Assembly: GCA_965216565.1 (NCBI GenBank)
Contig: OZ244170.1
Span: 1,216,001 to 1,280,000 of the forward strand
Length of the DNA stretch: 64,000 bases
Direction of reading: 5' to 3'
Source of the DNA: Bythopirellula sp.
GTDB lineage: Bacteria > Planctomycetota > Planctomycetia > Pirellulales > Lacipirellulaceae
Part shown: positions 60,709-64,000 of the stretch, one piece after another
How positions within the stretch are numbered: position 1 is the stretch's first letter
How the letters are laid out: each line of letters opens with the position of its first letter
Program-made: the position numbers and the translations under genes
Notes under the pieces: generated by a model
Told to the model about the DNA's origin: nothing
What the model saw: the letters and a program-made list of their open reading frames with translations, nothing else
The model's database searches: none

Positions 60709-62055
60709 TTAGATTTCTTGGGAGGCCCCGGTTGCAGGAGCTGGACTCTTGCCTTGTAACAGTGCTCCTACCTCTCCTGCCAAGAGAAGCAAGGCAACCA
60801 AATTGGGAATGACGACGAAAGCGTTCAGCAAATCTGCCAAGGCCCAAGTGGCTCGCACCCCGGCCAGAGCTCCACCCGTGATTGCGATGCAGTAAAGTAT
60901 CCGATAGGGCACCTTAGCTCGCGGTCCAAATAGATAGGCAGCACAAGTCTCGCCGTAGAACGCCCATGCAATCAACGTCGACAAGCCGAATAGAACCGAT
61001 GCGATCATCACAGTTGGCGCACCAAGGGGACCAAGTGCTTGTCCCATCGCGTGTGCGGTCAACGCCGCTGAATCGAGTCCAGACTGCCAGGCGCCAGTTA
61101 GTAGTAGTACGAATCCGGTAGCTGTAGCCACAACTAGCGTGTCAATGAACACGCCCAACATCGCGATCTTGCCTTGCGAGATCGGATCGCTCGTTTGAGC
61201 TGAGGCGTGCGCAATCGGCACCGAGCCCGTTCCAGCTTCGTTGGAGTAGACGCCGCGCGCTAAACCGAATCGCATTGCTTGCTGAACGGTCGCACCCAAG
61301 AAACCCCCAGCCCCGGCTGCTGGAGTAAAGGCATGTTCGAACACCAGGCCAAACACTTCGGGAATCCTTGCAGCATAAAGGGCAATGGCAGAACCCGCAG
61401 CAATTAAGTAGATCGCCCCCATCAATGGAGTTAGGATTTCCGAAACTCGCCCAATCGAGTGAACACCTCCCAATATCACGAACGCCGCCACCAGGGCGAC
61501 TAACGAGCAAGTGACAATAGGAGCCCAGCCCAGTTCAGATTGAACCACGGATGCAATCGAGTTGCTCTGCACCGTGGTAGTTGCGACAAGGGTTTTTACT
61601 GCCATAACAAACGCAAAAAAACCAGCTACCTTTGGCCAGCCAAGTCGAGTCTCGAGATAGTACATCGGTCCCCCGGCGTAGAATCCATCCTCTGCTCTAC
61701 GCCGATACCGAACCCCCAGGACCGATTCTGCAAACATGGTTGCCATCCCGACAACGCCAGAAACCCACATCCAGAATAAGGCCCCCGGTCCACCCGCCAT
61801 GATCGCCGTCGCGACACCCGCAATATTCCCATTTCCGACGACTCCCCCGACCGCCGTCATCAGTGCTGCAAAGGAGGAAACGTCTCCTTCCCCCGTTGAG
61901 GCCCGACTTTTCATCACGGCTCGGCAAGCTGGAACAAAGCCCCATACTTGGACAAAGCGATTCTTGAACCCCACGTAGAGACCGACGCCCAGCACCAAGC
62001 TAAGCATCGGCACACCCCAGAGCCATCCACTGGCCGCATCAATCCATGATGTCAT
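60709..62055 (-). CDS. Alanine/glycine:cation symporter (AGCS family)
   Basis: VGNGNIAGVATAI..GGPGALFWMW, GGPMYY, RGVYSNEAGTGS, VFIDT. Confidence 0.93.
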   Translation of the reverse strand: MTSWIDAASGWLWGVPMLSLVLGVGLYVGFKNRFVQVWGFVPACRAVMKSRASTGEGDVSSFAALMTAVGGVVGNGNIAGVATAIMAGGPGALFWMWVSGVVGMATMFAESVLGVRYRRRAEDGFYAGGPMYYLETRLGWPKVAGFFAFVMAVKTLVATTTVQSNSIASVVQSELGWAPIVTCSLVALVAAFVILGGVHSIGRVSEILTPLMGAIYLIAAGSAIALYAARIPEVFGLVFEHAFTPAAGAGGFLGATVQQAMRFGLARGVYSNEAGTGSVPIAHASAQTSDPISQGKIAMLGVFIDTLVVATATGFVLLLTGAWQSGLDSAALTAHAMGQALGPLGAPTVMIASVLFGLSTLIAWAFYGETCAAYLFGPRAKVPYRILYCIAITGGALAGVRATWALADLLNAFVVIPNLVALLLLAGEVGALLQGKSPAPATGASQEI

Positions 62056-63535
62056 TGTGAGACTCGATATGGGCGTCGTCTTGCGTTCGATAATCAGCTT
62101 TGTCGAGCTTATGCGATTTCATTTTTCTCAACAGAGTCCGCCGACTGATACCAGCAATTTTTGCAGCCTCTGCCATGAGTCCTTGCGTTTCTTCAAGACA
62201 CCTTTCCAGGTACGCTTGTTCCACGGCCGCCAAGTTTTCTTGAAGCGACTTGGTGGTCTTTACGATTTCATCCAAACCGTTTTGTGGGCTTGGGTGGCGG
62301 ACTCGAACGGCGGGTTTCGGCACATCTCCCCGAAGATTCTGATCTGGAACTAGTTCTTCAAAATCGCTCTTGTTAACACGTTCGCCGCAGTGAGTAAGCA
62401 CCAGTCGCTCAGAAAAGTTTTGCAATTGGCGCACGTTGCCCGGCCAGTGGTAAGCGACCAGAGCATCGAGGAAATCCTCAGTCAAATCGGGACGAGTGAC
62501 GTTGTAGTCCTCAGCCAGCTTACGTGAAAAATGAGCGAAAAGAAACACGATGTCTTCCGGTCGATCCCGCAGCGGAGGTAACTCGAGTCGCATGACATCG
62601 AGCCTGTAGAATAAATCCTCTCGGAATTTGCCGCTTTGCACATGGCTTTCCAAAGCATCGCTAGTTGCTGCTATTACCCGTACATCGACCTTAATCTCTT
62701 CGTGCCCACCAACAGGCCTGACGGCTTCTTCTTGCAAAGCACGCAGCAAATGGTACTGCACGGCGAGCGGTATATTTCCGATCTCATCAAGGAATAAAGT
62801 CCCTCCGTCGGCGTGGCGAAATAGTCCTAGCTTGTCCTTAGTCGCGCCTGTAAATGTACCTTCGACATGGCCGAAAAGTTCAGAGTTGATAAGTGATTCG
62901 TCGATCGCGCCACAGTTTAGCGGGACGAAACGTCCACTCCGTCCCGAGTGTTTGTGTATGGCACGAGCAAGTAGCTCTTTACCGGTACCCGTTTCGCCCA
63001 AGATGAGGACAGTTGCTTCGGAGGTAGAGACTCGCGTTGCGGTGTCGAATAGATCCCACATTGTTTGACTGCGCGAGTACATTCCCTCGAATTCATTGCG
63101 GTCGCTTGTTTGCTCGCCCAATAAGGCAGCCCGTGGCAGGAGTTGCTGAGCATGGACCAACTTGACAACTTCTCTAGCACACGTGGCCACAGAATTGGTC
63201 AACAAGACATCCTTTGCCCCAGCATTAAGCAGATCCCGCACCAGGGGACCGCTCGCTTTCGGCAGCCAGACCACCACGTCGACCATCGGCCAGCGATCGC
63301 GCAATTGCGGGATGACTTCGGTGGCGGGCAGTCCTTTCGTCTCATTGGGGCCTATCAAGATTGCCCTGGCCTGCAGGTCCTCCTTGGGACGCAAGATCTG
63401 GCCCAACCGCCGCACGGTCGACGTTGCCATTCCATGTTCACGGAGCGGACGGCTAAGCTCGGAGCAGCCATATAAGATTAAGAGCGGTTTTTCGATGGGT
63501 GGCGTCATAGCGGTCAATTCTGACCCATTTTGCAT
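62039..63535 (-). CDS. Sigma54-dependent enhancer-binding transcriptional regulator (Fis HTH)
   Basis: GETGTGKE, SELFGH, GTFTGA (GAFTGA variant), LFLDEIG, FREDLFYRL, WPGNVRQL, C-terminal HTH. Degenerate receiver-like N-terminus. Confidence 0.93.
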   Translation of the reverse strand: MQNGSELTAMTPPIEKPLLILYGCSELSRPLREHGMATSTVRRLGQILRPKEDLQARAILIGPNETKGLPATEVIPQLRDRWPMVDVVVWLPKASGPLVRDLLNAGAKDVLLTNSVATCAREVVKLVHAQQLLPRAALLGEQTSDRNEFEGMYSRSQTMWDLFDTATRVSTSEATVLILGETGTGKELLARAIHKHSGRSGRFVPLNCGAIDESLINSELFGHVEGTFTGATKDKLGLFRHADGGTLFLDEIGNIPLAVQYHLLRALQEEAVRPVGGHEEIKVDVRVIAATSDALESHVQSGKFREDLFYRLDVMRLELPPLRDRPEDIVFLFAHFSRKLAEDYNVTRPDLTEDFLDALVAYHWPGNVRQLQNFSERLVLTHCGERVNKSDFEELVPDQNLRGDVPKPAVRVRHPSPQNGLDEIVKTTKSLQENLAAVEQAYLERCLEETQGLMAEAAKIAGISRRTLLRKMKSHKLDKADYRTQDDAHIESHNDIMD

Positions 63536-63548
63536 TGCGGGTCAATAA

Positions 63549-63567
63549 TGTCTCACGCAATGAGACA
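63549..63567. promoter_or_regulatory. Palindromic putative enhancer (UAS) for the sigma54 activator
   Basis: Perfect TGTCTCA-N5-TGAGACA. A second palindrome, TGACCC-N12-GGGTCA, lies at 63521-63544. Confidence 0.55.
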
Positions 63568-63618
63568 CTTGTGTCACCTTCCTTCGTGGAGTTCATTTGA
63601 AATCCGCAGTTTCTCTAA

Positions 63619-63635
63619 ACGGCATAGGCTTTGCA
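63619..63635 (+). promoter_or_regulatory. Sigma54 (-24/-12) promoter
   Basis: ACGGCATAGGCTTTGCA has exact GG-N10-GC spacing, points towards the argB-like gene and is adjacent to an enhancer-binding protein gene. Confidence 0.65.
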
Positions 63636-63863
63636 TTATGGCACCGGCAATAGGAGTCTAGCAATCCATTCTTGGCCTACGTCGGAAAGGAATCCCCAAT
63701 GAAAGACATCTTAAACATAAAACAAGATTAACAATGTTTACTGTCTGAGAGATTACCCAAGGCCGACAAGCAGAGGCACTCCGGTCGCCTACTCGCTCAG
63801 CCTTTTATTGTAATTGTCATCACTACAACCGTACTATCACTGAATCGAAACAAGAGATTACAC

Positions 63864-64000
63864 ATGAACACACAACAGATCCAACTGTTAAAGGTTGGTG
63901 GCGCACTGCTCAATGATACTGATTACTTGGAGCGTCTTGGCAGGCACATACAAACGTTAGTGGATGCCAGCAAACGAGTAGTCCTAGTACACGGTGGAGG
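63864..64000 (+). CDS. argB: Acetylglutamate kinase-like (amino acid kinase family), 3'-truncated by window edge
   Basis: Manual translation MNTQQIQLLKVGGALLND...KRVVLVHGG shows the K.GG and VHGG(G) motifs. Not in the supplied ORF track. Confidence 0.7.
   Translation, partial: MNTQQIQLLKVGGALLNDTDYLERLGRHIQTLVDASKRVVLVHGG

Noticed and set aside
1..64000. CRISPR array, rRNA, intact tRNA, transposase or integrase genes
   Set aside because: No regularly spaced repeats or recognisable motifs were seen. The only tRNA-like sequence is the half at 12278-12318.

Overview
A 64-kb gene-dense region from a planctomycete, probably Pirellulales/Lacipirellulaceae-like. That placement is inferred from a DUF1501 gene, three DUF1559 prepilin-type genes and eight PEP-CTERM proteins, five of them with a dockerin-like module. 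Left to right: (1) a DUF1501/oxidoreductase/PEP-CTERM/DUF1559 cassette, a large unknown secreted protein and a lactate permease; (2) a degenerate 3' half of tRNA-Pro(CGG) at about 12.3 kb that looks like a genomic-island attachment scar; (3) a thiol/sulfur-redox block with two TlpA-like proteins, a LytS/LytTR pair, a TauE exporter and a cysteine desulfurase-MBL-rhodanese triple fusion; (4) an FG-GAP/ASPIC-UnbV-thioredoxin-TPR gene split by one in-frame TGA that is followed by a well-placed bacterial SECIS-like hairpin, the top finding and a candidate selenoprotein of about 1251 aa; (5) an approximately 23-kb chitin/GlcNAc locus with 3 GH18, a GH20, a ROK regulator, 2 SSS transporters and enzymes suggesting oxidative amino-sugar-acid catabolism; (6) a sigma54-activator operon with an AGCS transporter, M20 amidohydrolase and argG, divergent from a sigma54 promoter driving an argB-like gene. 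All family calls come from motif recognition by eye; no database searches were run.
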